NCBI GenBank assembly: GCA_032718475.1 | Contig: JAUCBJ010008162.1 | Coordinates: 1 to 64,000, forward strand | DNA length: 64,000 bases | From: Nemertoderma westbladi | Lineage: Eukaryota > Animalia > Xenacoelomorpha | Direction of reading: 5' to 3' | Shown: positions 1 to 12,700 of the stretch, in pieces | Layout: each line of letters opens with the position of its first letter | Numbering within the stretch: position 1 is the stretch's first letter | Position numbers and translations under genes: made by a program | The notes under the pieces: model-generated | What the model was told of the DNA's origin: nothing | What the model saw: only the letters and a program-made list of their open reading frames with translations | The model's database searches: none

Positions 1-1
1 G

Positions 2-2062
2 TTCCTCCTGTTTGTACGCTTCCGCCGCTCCAGTACGGAATATTTCCCGTTCCGTCGACTCCGAGTCACTGGATGAATCGCTGTCGTCCGGATAAGGTGG
101 TTGGCGGGTTCGCGTCCGGCGTATTATTCTGGGTCTCGTCCGTTGTGGTCCGGAATCTACGGCTCTCCGTTGTTCGGTAGGCTCGCAAGCCTTCCACGAA
201 GTCGTAGGTCTCGCTATACGTTGTCCGATCCCGTGGGTACTACCCACATCCATCCTCCTCCGTAGTTCGGTAGGCTCGCAAGCCTTCCGCGAAGTCGTAG
301 GTTGCGTCGAACATTGTGTCAACGGTCGAGTGAAATAGTCGGGTTTCGTAGTCGGTCTGTAAATAACTGGATTTGCACAGCACGTCACAGGTTTAACTTG
401 TAATGGTTTACTCACCTGTTTAATGGTCATAAACGCAGGTTCCTCTCTTCCTACAAGTAGACTACGACTTACTGTAGGTGGACTAGTTATGTTACCTGCT
501 AAAATTGGCGATGAAGTCGCCCTAGGTTGCGGTAATTCCGTCACAACAAACCTGTTGCCTTGCGTCGAACGCACAGGCGTTATTTCCTTAGGTTTCGTAA
601 CGAAGACCGGTTTTATCGGAGTCGTGGGTTTGAGCATAGGAATAACTTGGGGAAAACGTTTACAGTAATCCTCGACGAACTCCTCTCCTCGATCTATCGC
701 TCCCACGCTTCCTTCCTCGATCCGCTTCTGTATTCCGCGATATCGAGCTTCCATACGATCCAGGGCAGACAAGTCGTGTCCAGTCCGCGATCTCATGGAT
801 CTATCTCTCGCGTCGAGTTCGAGGTCCGCTTGCGCGTTCGCTGTCTCGCGCGATCTACGATTTAATTCGAACTGTAGTTGCATCTCCCTTTCGCGTCGAT
901 CTGCGTCCTGTTGTTGTGCCGCTAATTCCGCTTCCTGTATAGCTAATCGAGCGTTTATTTGCCGCGCCTCCAACTTGGCACGAGCGTCTGATGCTGCTTT
1001 CTTCCGTGCTAACTCGTCCGCTGCTGCCGCCGCGGCCGCTTCTCGCGCTAAGTCCTCCTCCAGTCTGCGCATTTCTGATGCTTCGAATTCAGCTTGCGCC
1101 TTGAGTTGTGCAATTCTTGCCTCGTCTTCTCTACGTTGTTTCTCTCCTTCGATGGCGATCTGTGCCATCTGGTGTCGCGCTTCTTCCTCGGCGACTTGTT
1201 GTCGGCGTGCAACCTCCTGTTGTTGTCGAGTAATTCCAGACGCTGTTTTACTAACGTCGCCAACGTTGCCAACGTCGCTCCGTACGCTAACGAACGATCT
1301 ATCCAGTGGTGGATGTTGGTAGGCTCGCGAGCCTTCCGTAGTGAGAACTTCCGTCGTCCCTCGCGGTTCGACTTCCGGTTCGTCGATCGGTACGCCGCAT
1401 CTACGAAGAAAATTGGTCAGCGTTTCCAACCTTCCGTCCAGGCAGTAGAGTTCTTCTTCCTCTTCGGGTTGTAACAACGCGTCCGAAACTGACTCACCTA
1501 GCAGTTGGTCGAACTGCTCCTGTTGAGCCAAGCTTATTACCGACTTAAATTGGATAAGGCTTTCTCTCGCACTTACCAATTTATCTACTATCTTTACCTG
1601 AGTAAAGTTGTCGCCACGCAACTCTGCAAGTTCGTGCAAACCTTTAAGTTTATCTACGGAGGCATGTACCCTACTTTCTATCCTTACCTGTAAGGTGTAG
1701 AACTCGTATCTTGACATCGGGGCGGTTAACTCGCGTAAAACGCGAAAACCTTCTCCGAGGTTCCGAGTAATCTGGGCCATGTGTCCTCCTATACTTCTAA
1801 TAACGTTCTCCTGGCTTCCAGTCGAACTTACCATGTCCGGTTCCCGCGATCTAGTCTGCGGGACGGTAAGGAAATCTTCGATTCTGCCGTCGCCACGCGT
1901 TGCGGTTTCCGGTATTTCCGTTCGGGGTACCGGTGACGCAAGCGGTGTGACATCGGTGGAATCTCGGGTTCTCCTTCTCGGTTCGTCTACTGTCGATCTG
2001 TCCGGGTCGCACGAGTCATAGTCGGTAGGTGGGTATCTCGTCGAATAGGGTGTGTCACTCAT
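2..2062 (-). CDS. Gag-like N-terminal region of an LTR retrotransposon (element A, probably Bel-Pao); runs off the left window edge
   Basis: ATG at 2062 on minus (MSDTPYSTRYPPTDYDSCDPD...). The frame is in register with an E/Q/R/A-rich coiled coil at about 800-1250 (QQQEVARRQQVAEEEAR), followed by Pro/Ser/Thr-rich sequence and PPYPDDSDSSSDSES. Same layout as the gag N-termini at 13812 and 52769. Not in the ORF track, presumably because it has no stop inside the window; I did not check every codon. Confidence 0.65.
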   Translation of the reverse strand, partial: MSDTPYSTRYPPTDYDSCDPDRSTVDEPRRRTRDSTDVTPLASPVPRTEIPETATRGDGRIEDFLTVPQTRSREPDMVSSTGSQENVIRSIGGHMAQITRNLGEGFRVLRELTAPMSRYEFYTLQVRIESRVHASVDKLKGLHELAELRGDNFTQVKIVDKLVSARESLIQFKSVISLAQQEQFDQLLGESVSDALLQPEEEEELYCLDGRLETLTNFLRRCGVPIDEPEVEPRGTTEVLTTEGSRAYQHPPLDRSFVSVRSDVGNVGDVSKTASGITRQQQEVARRQQVAEEEARHQMAQIAIEGEKQRREDEARIAQLKAQAEFEASEMRRLEEDLAREAAAAAAADELARKKAASDARAKLEARQINARLAIQEAELAAQQQDADRREREMQLQFELNRRSRETANAQADLELDARDRSMRSRTGHDLSALDRMEARYRGIQKRIEEGSVGAIDRGEEFVEDYCKRFPQVIPMLKPTTPIKPVFVTKPKEITPVRSTQGNRFVVTELPQPRATSSPILAGNITSPPTVSRSLLVGREEPAFMTIKQVSKPLQVKPVTCCANPVIYRPTTKPDYFTRPLTQCSTQPTTSRKACEPTELRRRMDVGSTHGIGQRIARPTTSWKACEPTEQRRAVDSGPQRTRPRIIRRTRTRQPPYPDDSDSSSDSESTEREIFRTGAAEAYKQEE

Positions 2063-4694
2063 GTCTTATTATATACGTCAAGTACTGAAGTACGGGTAAT
2101 AAAATGTCAAGTGTCTGAATGTTGAAGTGTCAAACTTACCTAACCGGTACAAATAAATCAACAAGTCAGAATGTCGAAATGTCAAAATGTCGAAATGTAC
2201 AAATGTCAAACTTACCTTGATATATATATATATCATATATATATCCTAACCGGTACGAATAAAACTAACAAAGTATATAATAAAATAAGTAGTAATCTAG
2301 CCTACCGGCTAAATTTGTACGAATAAGTGAGATAACGGTATACGTTAACAAAATGTAGATCAACAAGTAAAACAATAGGCCAAACAGCAACGTCTAACGG
2401 GAAAATATGTACCAACAACACTACTAATAGACAGTGAAACCCACAAATTTTGAGTACTACTGTGCTTTCTTAAGTTTGAACGACGCGAGTCGTAAAACTT
2501 ACGTTCCTTTGATCTTCCAGTCGTACAAATTCCCAAATACAAACCGGACGTGGGTCTTTCCGTTTTTCGGCGGCGCGGACGAATTTATTGTCTCCCAAAC
2601 TTTGCGAAAAGCGGTCTAATCCTCGAAGCGGTCCAGAAATGAGTCCTTGAGTCCTGAAAAGGTCGAAGGTGAGAGTTTTACTTCTACGCTTACGAAAAAT
2701 CTTCCTAGGTACCGATACAAATTGGTCTTTAAACCCTATGTACCTTTTCAAGTACCGAAAAGTAACACCGCACACACACGGCGTAAAACAAAGTGCTACA
2801 AACTAACCGTTAGCTAGTCAAAGATTAAATACGAAAGTACTAGCTACCCTAAAAGCCTACTGAAGCAGGGGACGTTCTAAATTACTAAATTTACTAACCT
2901 TAATTTTTAAATATCTCCTACTTACAATAGCTAACAAATATTTATCTATATCTCACTTTAAATGCGCACGCACTTTCGGTCGAGATATTTAATAAATACT
3001 TCCTACTGTAAGGTAGGAATATTTACACTACGATAGAAGTACTATACACTAATTTCAGAATTTGTATAATATACTTCCTACTGTAAGGGTCCAGTAGTAT
3101 ACCGCTTACCAGATCCTAGTAACGATGTATCTTACTATGAGACTCTAGTAATGTATACGGGCTTGTACAGTATCTGACAACAAATCCCAGTCCAGGATAT
3201 CTAAACAAACAGATATAGTACACAAACGACTACTGGCGAGGAACAGAGCCTTGTATCTATTCTATGTACGTGAGCGGGTCGAATGCCTACGTACTAGACA
3301 GAAGGATACCTGTCCTCTAACCGGTGAGGCAGATGTACAGTTACCGTAACAGACCAAACTCACGGGAAAACAATCCCCGCGCAGCGAATCCTAACTATCA
3401 CTGACAGTCCTAAATACAGTAACTTGCCGCGGTGTGATTTATATGGTTTATATACGAGCTAGTGGGTTAACAGACCTAGCGTAACAACACTGACAGTCCT
3501 AAATCAGTCGACAAGGGGTCGTGCCTAAATGTAACAATAACTGATCCCCCTGTACGAAATCAGTCTAAAAGGTCAGGCCTAAATGTAACAATACCGTTGT
3601 CCAGACAAACAACAGTTTAATAACGAAAGTGAAATACTCCTTATTGTGCCGCAACTAAATCAGATCCTAATTTTACAAATACAGATAATTTCCACCTAAC
3701 GTAATGTATAGTACGCTATAGCTAGTAGAACTTTAAGGGCGATATGTTTTAGGGCGTGTGTGTGTGGGTGTGTTACAAATAAAACAATTTCGAGTAATTC
3801 CTTTTACTAGGTTTTAGTGATTTTCTGACTAAAATGATACCGTGCGCTAGCTACTAAAATAAACTAGTCGCGTTTGTAGAACTTTATACTCACGAATGAC
3901 GTCAAAGCTCTCTCCTTCCTATCCACAACCCAATGGGCAACCACAGTGTTAGTAACTACACCCATGATCGGCACTAATACCAGATTCTGGTTGTAAGATA
4001 AGAATAGGGGTTAATCGCTACCGTACGTTAGCTGATCTGGTATACTAATTTAATTCTAGAACTTTGTTGCTGCGGTAGTTAGCAGCAATACCTATCAGTA
4101 CGTGGCAAGGCGCGGTAGGATATTAATAAACCTCCCTAGGCCAAGCAGTGTGCCGGTAGCAGAAATACTCCTTGCCTGATCAAATAGCTAACTCCAGACA
4201 AGGGGGGGGGGGGGGGTACTAATGTACGTTCTACAAAGCGAACCGGTACCAAACAGTCAGTGCTATGAATCACTAAATTATGGAACGTATGCTGTCCGTG
4301 CCTAATGTGTACTCGCGTACTGACGAATGGCAATAGTTCGCACCTGTAGGAAGTACAGGTTAACCCAGGGGTTCGTAGGACTGACAAGAAGGGGGGGGGG
4401 TGTCTGGATATAATTATTTGATCCTAAATTTGCGGCGTCCAGTACGGTGTCACGCTTACCCTGATCTATAGGTCTTACGGCGGGCAAGGGCGTCGAACAA
4501 AGTCTTACCTTCTCACAAAGCGGGCGCTGCATAGCAAGTGGAGTATTTCGAAGGGGCAAAGGGGGTGCGCGGTCGATCCAATGTGGGCGCTAGCGTGTTG
4601 TGGACATCCCTTCCCTGCGTTGCTTACGGCCTAACGGTCTAGGCTGCCATCTCCCTGGTGTTCGGCTGTCCCGAAGTCGGACCAAAAGAAAACA

Positions 4695-5273
4695 TGTCAG
4701 GAAATTGCAGTATATTTACAGTTTTACAAAGGATTTATCAAAACGAAGTTTCAACAAGAAACCGAATAAACTAAATTTTACAAGAATAAGAGAGTGTAAC
4801 ACAAGGTATAAGGTTTGGTACTGAGGTGATAACAAGTGATAACCGAAGGCAAACCGGCCTTTTTATACTAGAAATTGCACATGGAAACTAAACAGAATTT
4901 TCCACAGCTTCACCATTGAGCAATGAAGTGCTTCGTGCCCTATGATTGGCCCAGCTCATCGTTCAACGCAGTCCGGCCCTGACACTAAATCTGGGACATG
5001 GAATCCTAACAGAATTTTCCACTGCCTCACATTTGAGCAATAAGATAATTTATGCCCTATGATTGGCCTGGCTCATTATTCGCTACGCTGTACGCTTCTC
5101 ATTGGCCTACCAATTAGCACCACACGAAAATAAATGGCCCCAAAATACAAATTTCCCGACTGGGATTCGAACTCGTAACCTACGTAATGTAACCAACGCC
5201 TTAACCATCTGACCACTACGCCACGAGAGTACCTAAGGGTTTTATGTGTACAAATATGAATAGGCATATTACA
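4695..5273 (-). repeat. Probable 5' LTR of element A
   Basis: Minus strand reads TGTAA...TGACA followed by tttTGGTCCGAC (PBS-like). It holds an internal ~65-bp duplication with ATTGG/CCAAT boxes (about 4892-4957 and 5010-5075). The partner LTR is outside the window, so boundaries are tentative. Confidence 0.45.
5153..5228 (-). other. tRNA-derived (Leu/Ser-like) sequence with Pol III A and B boxes
   Basis: Minus strand GTAGTGGTCAGATGGTTAAGGCGTTGG...GAGTTCGAATCCC. No complete cloverleaf or clear anticodon arm. Confidence 0.5.
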
Positions 5274-5367
5274 TTACTGTAACTTAATCAAAATACGTCG
5301 GATTTTCAAAAGTTTTTACGCTAAAGTTAAACTACAAATGCTACCTTATAGTGAAATAATTCATCAG

Positions 5368-7793
5368 TGTAATATTTACGTGTAAACTGTTTTTCCGTTA
5401 TGTTGTGTTGTCGGTGGGCAAGTATACATGTGACTTGTTTAATGTTTATATTACAAGTAGGACGTTATGTTGAATCTATTGCGTGGTAAGCGCATGGTTC
5501 ACTCGTACTTAACACATTATAGTATTACTAGATTATAGTTACAAGTTGGTGAATAATATTGCAGTATTGCGGACACATACACTCGCACTAAATGAACCGA
5601 ATCTATTACAGACAGGTTACAGTCAGCACTTACCGGGTATAAAGCAAAGTGGTGTGATCCTGGGTCTTGTATATTCATGAACAATATAATGCAATAATAA
5701 CTAGAGAGCCAGCAAGCTGGCTGGAAGGAGCCCGGGGGGAAGAATCCTAGCCAATACTAAACTAAACAATTGTCTAAATGGTGTGATGATACATAGCTGA
5801 CTTTGTGGCTTGCCCCACATAATAAAAAATGAAACTTTGCTGCCACTAACAACCGAATATTTATAAGAAAATGCCCATGATTCACAACCAGATAAATAAC
5901 AAGTTAGATTTACCAGTACAGGTACGGTTACCTTTCTTTTTGAAAACCATTAGATTTAACAATTAATAGAAGTCTAGGTCGCGGCGAAAAATAATAACGC
6001 AAATTAAACAACCATACAATCGGCCTACACACTTTTTTATTATTCGAAATAAATTCGCTAACAGAAAATATCTAAACTAATTTATTTATTTACTAATTAA
6101 TCTAAACGAGAAGGTGAACAATTGTTTCTACACAATTAATTATGACGACTTTTATGGGATATGTAATATTTACTGTTCAATAATAATTTACAATCTCCCA
6201 TTCCAACACATTCCCAGAGAGTAATAATATCATCAATATAACAAACTAAGTGGATTATAATTCGATTTCTTCAGCCAAGTCCGATAGCTATTTTTCTGAA
6301 ATTTATATTGCTAATTTAATTATTTGGCATATTCTGTTTGTGGCGCAGACTATAATAATAATAACATTGTTGACATACAGTCTTTGAACCTTTCAGTCTT
6401 TCTCAGCAGTACTTTGTGGCTCGTCCCACATAATAAAAACTGAAACTTTGCTATGACAACACACCCGGTTCTTTTAAATTTGCGTGATTTGATTTATGCT
6501 CGCACCACTATTTGTAAGAAATATTAAAACTTATCCAATGTAGTAATGGTATTAAAATATAATTAAATTAATTTACACTATTAATGCTTCAGCTAAAAAA
6601 TCGTTTCAGCTAAAAAATCGTATGTAATAAAAAAAATAAGAATATTTTTAATATGTGTATATGTAATATAGGTATTACTGCTAAGTTAGGCAGTAGGCCA
6701 GAGCGGGCTCCTTAAATACATGCAACTACTGTATTATAGTGTAGGTCAACTATAAAACATTTTGCAATCCACAGTGAGTATCGACTGCAATAGGACACAA
6801 CACACTGCTTTGTGTAACTAAAATTCATTCTCCTGATCCACCCCCTAACATAGCAGAGTGAGTAACCTTATTGTAGATATACCCTTAGGAAGCACTGGGA
6901 GAGCAATCAGCCTATGGGGTAATACATTAGAAACCAACAGCTTATGTGTGAGTAAACATTGACTTTCCTTATAGCCTACTAGTAAAACTTGGCAACCAAT
7001 ACGTTTTACTATGACTGTGTATAACATATTAAGCCATATTTCATCATGAACACCAGCTGTTATTTTACCATTGCTTTTAATTTCGCGACAAAACAATGTC
7101 AAAAAACTAAATATATCGAATACCACACATAGAATCGATCTGAAATTTTGTAACGCGATTATGAACCTCAAAAACAATGTACTTGCAAAATTTCATCAAA
7201 ATCGCCAGGCAGGAAGTGCCTTAACCTAGATAATTATCAGTCAGTCAGTGTCAGTCAATGTAATGTATCCTGAAGATTCTTACAGTAAGTATTCCGCTGT
7301 CAAGCGGGCTCCTAATAACTATAATATGATGATACAATATGGTGATAAGATTTAATGTGCACAGCAAGGTGAAATTTTATAGATTCATGCTGGCTACATG
7401 AACAATAACAGGCCTCAGATGGTAATGGATAAGCCTAGGTAATAGCAGAAGAAACATTGATTATTATACATACAGTGAAGATGGAAACAGTCAATAACGC
7501 GCAGAACACCAGAAAGTATGGCAACCAATAGGAGTTTTAGAACTATGGCAACCGATGCTGGGCAATGGATAAATAAGATCAACGGTGGCACATGGATTGG
7601 ACACAAAATATTATGCGCACAGAAGTTGAATAGTTCTCTGATAAAAATAGAAGATTTCAATATGCAGTTAGCGTGTGCATCAAAACCGTTCCCTAAAATT
7701 ACGTACAAGTTCAACAATCGTTCTATAAATGACACATTATTTAGTTTTGAGATTTGAGAGGTATATACAATCTTTCGGTGACTGTAGGTTACA
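5368..7793. mobile_element. LTR-like ~810-bp repeat (TGTAA...TTACA) split by a ~1.6-kb insertion
   Basis: 5368-5700 plus 7316-7793 are nearly identical to the uninterrupted copy at 37593-38403. 5-bp inverted termini TGTAA/TTACA. Confidence 0.75.
5701..7315 (-). mobile_element. Non-autonomous Helentron/Helitron2-type element (HINE/DINE-1-like)
   Basis: Boundaries are defined by the empty site at about 37925. Asymmetric subterminal IR GGAGCCCG (5727-5734) / CGGGCTCC (7305-7312). The minus-strand 3' end has hairpin AGCCAGC-TT-GCTGGCT then CTAG. Inserted in a T-rich site without a clear TSD. Confidence 0.7.
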
Positions 7794-9737
7794 TGGTCGA
7801 TTCTGGCCTCTTGTCCTCTATCGCCTTGATAAATTCTTCCGAACTGGATTGGAATTTGGTCAGGTTAAAGCCGGATCCTTTCAGGATGTCGCGAACCTCG
7901 TGTCCAGTATCTCCTTAACCGTATTTCCAGACTCCATTCCGTCGTCTACGTAGAAGCCGCGTCGAATCATATCGACGGCCCTAGTGCTGTATCTATCTTC
8001 CTTCCCCTTCACTGTATCTCTGACTGCCATAGTCGTCGTAAATGAAGACGACTTGGCTCCCATGTTTTGAACTACCATCTTATATGCCGGTATTATCGAC
8101 GGTTCTTCCTCGCCGTTATACCATAAGAAGCGCTGACTGTCGCTATCTTCCTCCGTTACACGGACTTGGTTGAACATGCCTTCTATGTCACACGTGAAGG
8201 CGTGTTTCCCATTCCTAAATCTAAGTAGCACCTCTATGCCCGAGTTGTATATGTTTGGGCCTTCTAACAGGTAGTCATTTAAGCATTTTCTGTCGGTCTT
8301 TGCCGATGCATCGACTACCATCCGTAGTTTACCTTTCTTTGGGTCTAAAGCCACGTGGAGTGGCAGGTAATATGTCCTGTCCGTGTTCGGCTCGTCGACC
8401 GGTAACTCCACGGCCCATCCTTTCTCGACGTACTTCTTAATCGTTCTGTGGATGTACTCATTCTTCTCGGGGCTCCGTTTTAGTGTTTGTTTCAGCTTGC
8501 GGAGTCTCGTGAGTACCATCCCTCTATTATCGGGCAGCGGTATCTTCGGTAGTTTCCATACCATTCCTATAGTATACCGCCCCTCATTGCATGTCATCGA
8601 TTCCTCCACGCTTTGTAAAGCCTGCTTGTCTTCTACCGAGGTCCCGACCCCAGTCTCCTTTAGTCCCTCGAAATCTTGTCTGAGCAGTCTTTTAAGCTGC
8701 TCCTCTGCTCCCTCATCACCCATTTCCTGCATTGTTCCCGCGAACATGCATCCTGATGTCTCCGACATCCTAAATGGTACCTTACTCTTGATTGGGCCAC
8801 TCAGCATCCACCCGAATGGTGTTAATATCGCCACCGGGTCACACTGCTTGTCTTCGCCGAAGACCGTTTGCATTCTTTCGTGGGCCGTTGGGCAATCCAT
8901 TCCTACTATGATGGATACTTTCCTAACAACCACGTCTGGGATTGAGAAGTCAATGTCGTCCAGGAATTTATATTGCTCGACCTCGATGTTTGTTGGCCGC
9001 CTGGCATTGATATTAATTGACTCTATCACTTGGATGGGGTCGATGGTTGCCCCATAGTCGCATCCCGGTGCCACTGCTGCAATTGCGCACCGTCCTGTTC
9101 TCATCTCCAGGATCTCATCTTTGCTAGAGATGGTTGTTACCGCCATTCTGCTTGGCCTCGTTCTCAATCCTATCTCTTCGGCCACCTATTCCTCGACTAA
9201 TGTGAAGGCAGCTCCACTATCAACCAGCATTAGTGTTGTTACTGATCGATTGCCTTCCCCAATCACTCGCACGGGTACTACTCCAAGTAACACCGTTCCT
9301 CTCTTCTTCGCCCCTACTGTGCTCGTCGCCATCGTCTGGCCTCTCCTCTGACCAAACTTTACCGGCTTCTCCTTGCACTCCCTTGCTCTATGTCCACTCA
9401 TTACACATCGCGAGCAGATTTTGTTGCTCAACGCATAATCTATCTGATCTTGCCTAGGTAGCGCCTGCCAGTACCTGCAGTTCATGGTTTGATGAAGCGC
9501 ATTTGCGTGAAGCTGGCATTTGCTCTTTGGGTCGTAGCCCTCTTTATACAGTGCATTGCGTATCGCAGCTGCGTTTGTACCAAAGTCCCTACTATTCTTA
9601 TTGTTTGGATTCGGCCTACTGGACGTACTGGGGTTGTATTTATTCGTGTTGTTATTGTTCCCCTGTCCGTTCCATGGTGTTGTCTTATCTTCGGCTAGCT
9701 GTGGACTTGCAGTCCTCTGCGTCGCTGCATATGGCAA
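7794..9737 (-). pseudogene. pol: Bel-Pao gag CCHC knuckles + aspartic protease + reverse transcriptase, broken by a stop and a frameshift
   Basis: CQLHANALHQTMNC, CSRCVMSGHRAREC, LVDSGA (protease), YYLPLH, LRMVVDAS, CDIEGMFNQV, FYVDD. After a frameshift near 7890 it continues RDILKGSGFNLTKFQS to 7794. Confidence 0.9.
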
Positions 9738-9766
9738 TGATTGCCTGAGCCTCGGTAATGCGTTTT

Positions 9767-12700
9767 TTATGTATTGTGCTCTGGTTTCGGTCTATGGTAA
9801 TCCGTCTTCGGTCCCTTTCCCAGGCTATCTTCGCTATAGACTGGGTCAGTTATTAGTTCAGCCTCGTAGTTTAAGAAGGTTGACATTTCTTCTAAACCCG
9901 GTTCCACACCCTTCTTGTCTCGAGTGGAGAAGGAGATCTTCCTCCACTTGTTGCGCAGCCAGTTTGGTAGTGCCTGTGCTATCGTGGTGATGTTATTGGA
10001 CGCGTTGAGCTCGTATGGCGCGTCTAGCGTCTTCAGCACGATTAGCGCCTTTTCGACTTTGTTAGCGAACGTCTTAATGCTAACGGGATTATCCTGTAGG
10101 CCACCCGATGTTATGCCTCTCAGTGTCTGTCTGATGATCTTGGCCGGGTGCCCGTATTCCCTATCCAGTGCCCGCCATGCTGTCGTGAAGCCGCCCTCTA
10201 TTCCTTGATATTGCCTCACGATGTCGTATGCTGGGCCTCCCGTGTATACTTGCAGATACTTTAGGCACTCCGCCTGCGTCAAGTTTTTCGTAAGTATTTC
10301 GTTACTATACATGCGCCGAAACTGTAGATATTCTTCAGGCCTACTCCTATCGAATTTGAATGGTTCCACGGGTGGTAACTCGATCCTCGTTTTCAACGCA
10401 TCGATCAACGTGGCCATCCCCATCGCCTGCACTTCCAATGGGTTCGATGGATGCTGTATAGTTTCTCCTGTCTGGTGTGGTTCGTCTGTCCTATTTCTTG
10501 ATCTTCTTTGACTTGGGTATGTCATCGGGGGTAGCGGCCCCCTCCATATCTCTGTGTCACACGACCTATTTTCATCCAAGGGTCTCGTTGTTCTCGCTCC
10601 TATCGGGGTATATTGTTGATATTGTGATGGGGGAATGTCACCCTGTCCCCCCCCCCACCGGTATGTTTGGTACTGGGGTTGATGTTAATATGTTGGGGCC
10701 CATACACCTATCCGCAATAATTCCCCCCTCCCCTGGGTATATGTTATGTCCCTGCATGCTGTAGTCATACTGCTGTACTGGTACCGGTATAGGCCTATCA
10801 ACTTCTGGCCTACTCGTCGGTATGTATTCCGCGACTTCCGGGTTTAATCCAGTTGTCCGCGCTATCCTATCCCCTACATTGCCTCTCTCAGTATGGCCTA
10901 TGGTATGTGCAGTAAGGCCTACAGTATGTCCTACAGTCTGCATGTGTTGCTCGGGATCGAAGTTTGTTCTTCTCGAATAATCCTCCCCGTGGCTACCGTA
11001 TTCTCGATCGGTAGGTATATTCCGTCGGAAAGTTTCTCTTCGACCTCCCTCTCTACTGTTCTCGTCTTCGTACCGGTACATCGTGTACCCTTCCATCGGC
11101 GCGTAATGCACCTCGCCAGGTCGCATCTCTCCGGGGCGACGGCAATCTCCCGGAGTCCGACCCCACTGACTCTCCGTTCTCATCTCGACTACCGACGGCT
11201 CGCTATCCGTCCTTGCTCTTCTATCGTTCGCGGCGATACTTTTACTACTGTCTTCTCTTCTTCTCCTCTCAGTGTAGTATTCCCGCTCGTGAGATCTCTC
11301 GTCGACCTCCCGGTTAAACCCCTCTGTTCTTCTTCTCTCTTCTGATCGGGCTCGACGCTTCGTCCGCCCTCTCACGACGTCAACCTGTCTCTCTCTGCTC
11401 GGTCGCACGCCGCTGGGGATACTCACAATCCCCCTATTACTCTCCGTCGCCGGGTGTTGCGGTTTACCTATTTCGGCCCGCGCATTATCCGCTGACGGCT
11501 GTGGAGCATTCCCTGCCCCCCCCCCTTTCGCCGCTAACTCGCTGTTGTGGGGCCCCTGTAGCCCCACCCCCCCACTCGCCACATCTAACTTCGCTATCCC
11601 TCACCCCGCTACTATATCCCTCTCTAGTCGACACATCAACCCTACCGCAGTCGGGTCTATTCACCCCCGTCTCTCCCTCTGCTATTGCGTGGCCTACCAG
11701 GCCCTCTACTCCCTGCCTACCAACTACGTGGCCTACCAGGCCCTCGCTGGGTCTGTCCAACCCAGCCACTCCCTGCCTATCAACTACGTGGCCTACCAGG
11801 CCCTCACCGGGTCTACCCAACCCAGCCGCTCCCTGCCTACCAACTACGTGGCCTACCAGGCCCTCTCTGGGTTGGCTCAATCCCGCCACCTCCGACCTAC
11901 CAATTGCACGGCCTACCAGGCCCCCGTCTGCCTGGCCATACACGCCCGACGTGTTCACGTTAATAGCACCCATATTGGAAACAGAATTAATTTGTTCGTT
12001 TGAAACAAAATCATTTGAATTATTTTGTAAATTCGGGCTTGGATCATTATTTAAATTATTTGAATTATTTTGCACGTTCAAATTGAAATTATTATTTGTA
12101 CTTAAATTTAAATTACTGCTACTAGGTAAAGCATTATTTGCTGCAATAAAGGTTTGGTTAGAGTTATCCCATACGGTACTATTAATATTAACGACGTCTA
12201 CTATAGCATTATTATTACCCCCCCCCCCCCCGCCCGTATGGTCACACCAGTCTTGGGTCTGTCGTGCGGTCCCTGTAAGTGGGGTATTAATAAATGTATC
12301 CACGGCCCCTGGCTCCTCGAAAATACTCGAGCTAGCCCCACTCTCAGACGCCCCTACTCGCGCCAATTCCCGTTCGCGCGTATGTACAGCTTTGTACCCT
12401 GCAAGCTCACCTTGACGTTTTTCTAGTTCCTTTTGCTCACCCTCCTTCCTTGCCATTCTCTCCTTACACTCCCGTGCGTTCCGTTCGGCCAATTCCAACT
12501 CTCTTCCAGCCCCCTCCCTTCGTCTTGCCTCACGCTCTCTGCGTTCGTTTTCCTTTCTCTCCTCGCGCTCTCTGCACTCGTTTTCCTCTTTCGCCTCACG
12601 TTCCCTACGTTCCGCCTCACGCTCTTCGCGCTCATTTTTCTCCCTCACCTCGCGTTCCCTACGTTCCGCCTCACGCTCTTTGCGCTCAATTTTCTCTCTC

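Noticed and set aside
7415-7757. Identical small ORFs at 7415/7518 and 38025/38128
   Set aside because: Identity reflects the duplicated LTR-like repeat; no recognisable protein motifs.
7794-7810. PBS (TGGTCG...) after the LTR-like repeat
   Set aside because: These bases are the antisense of element B pol coding sequence, so the TGG is coincidental.
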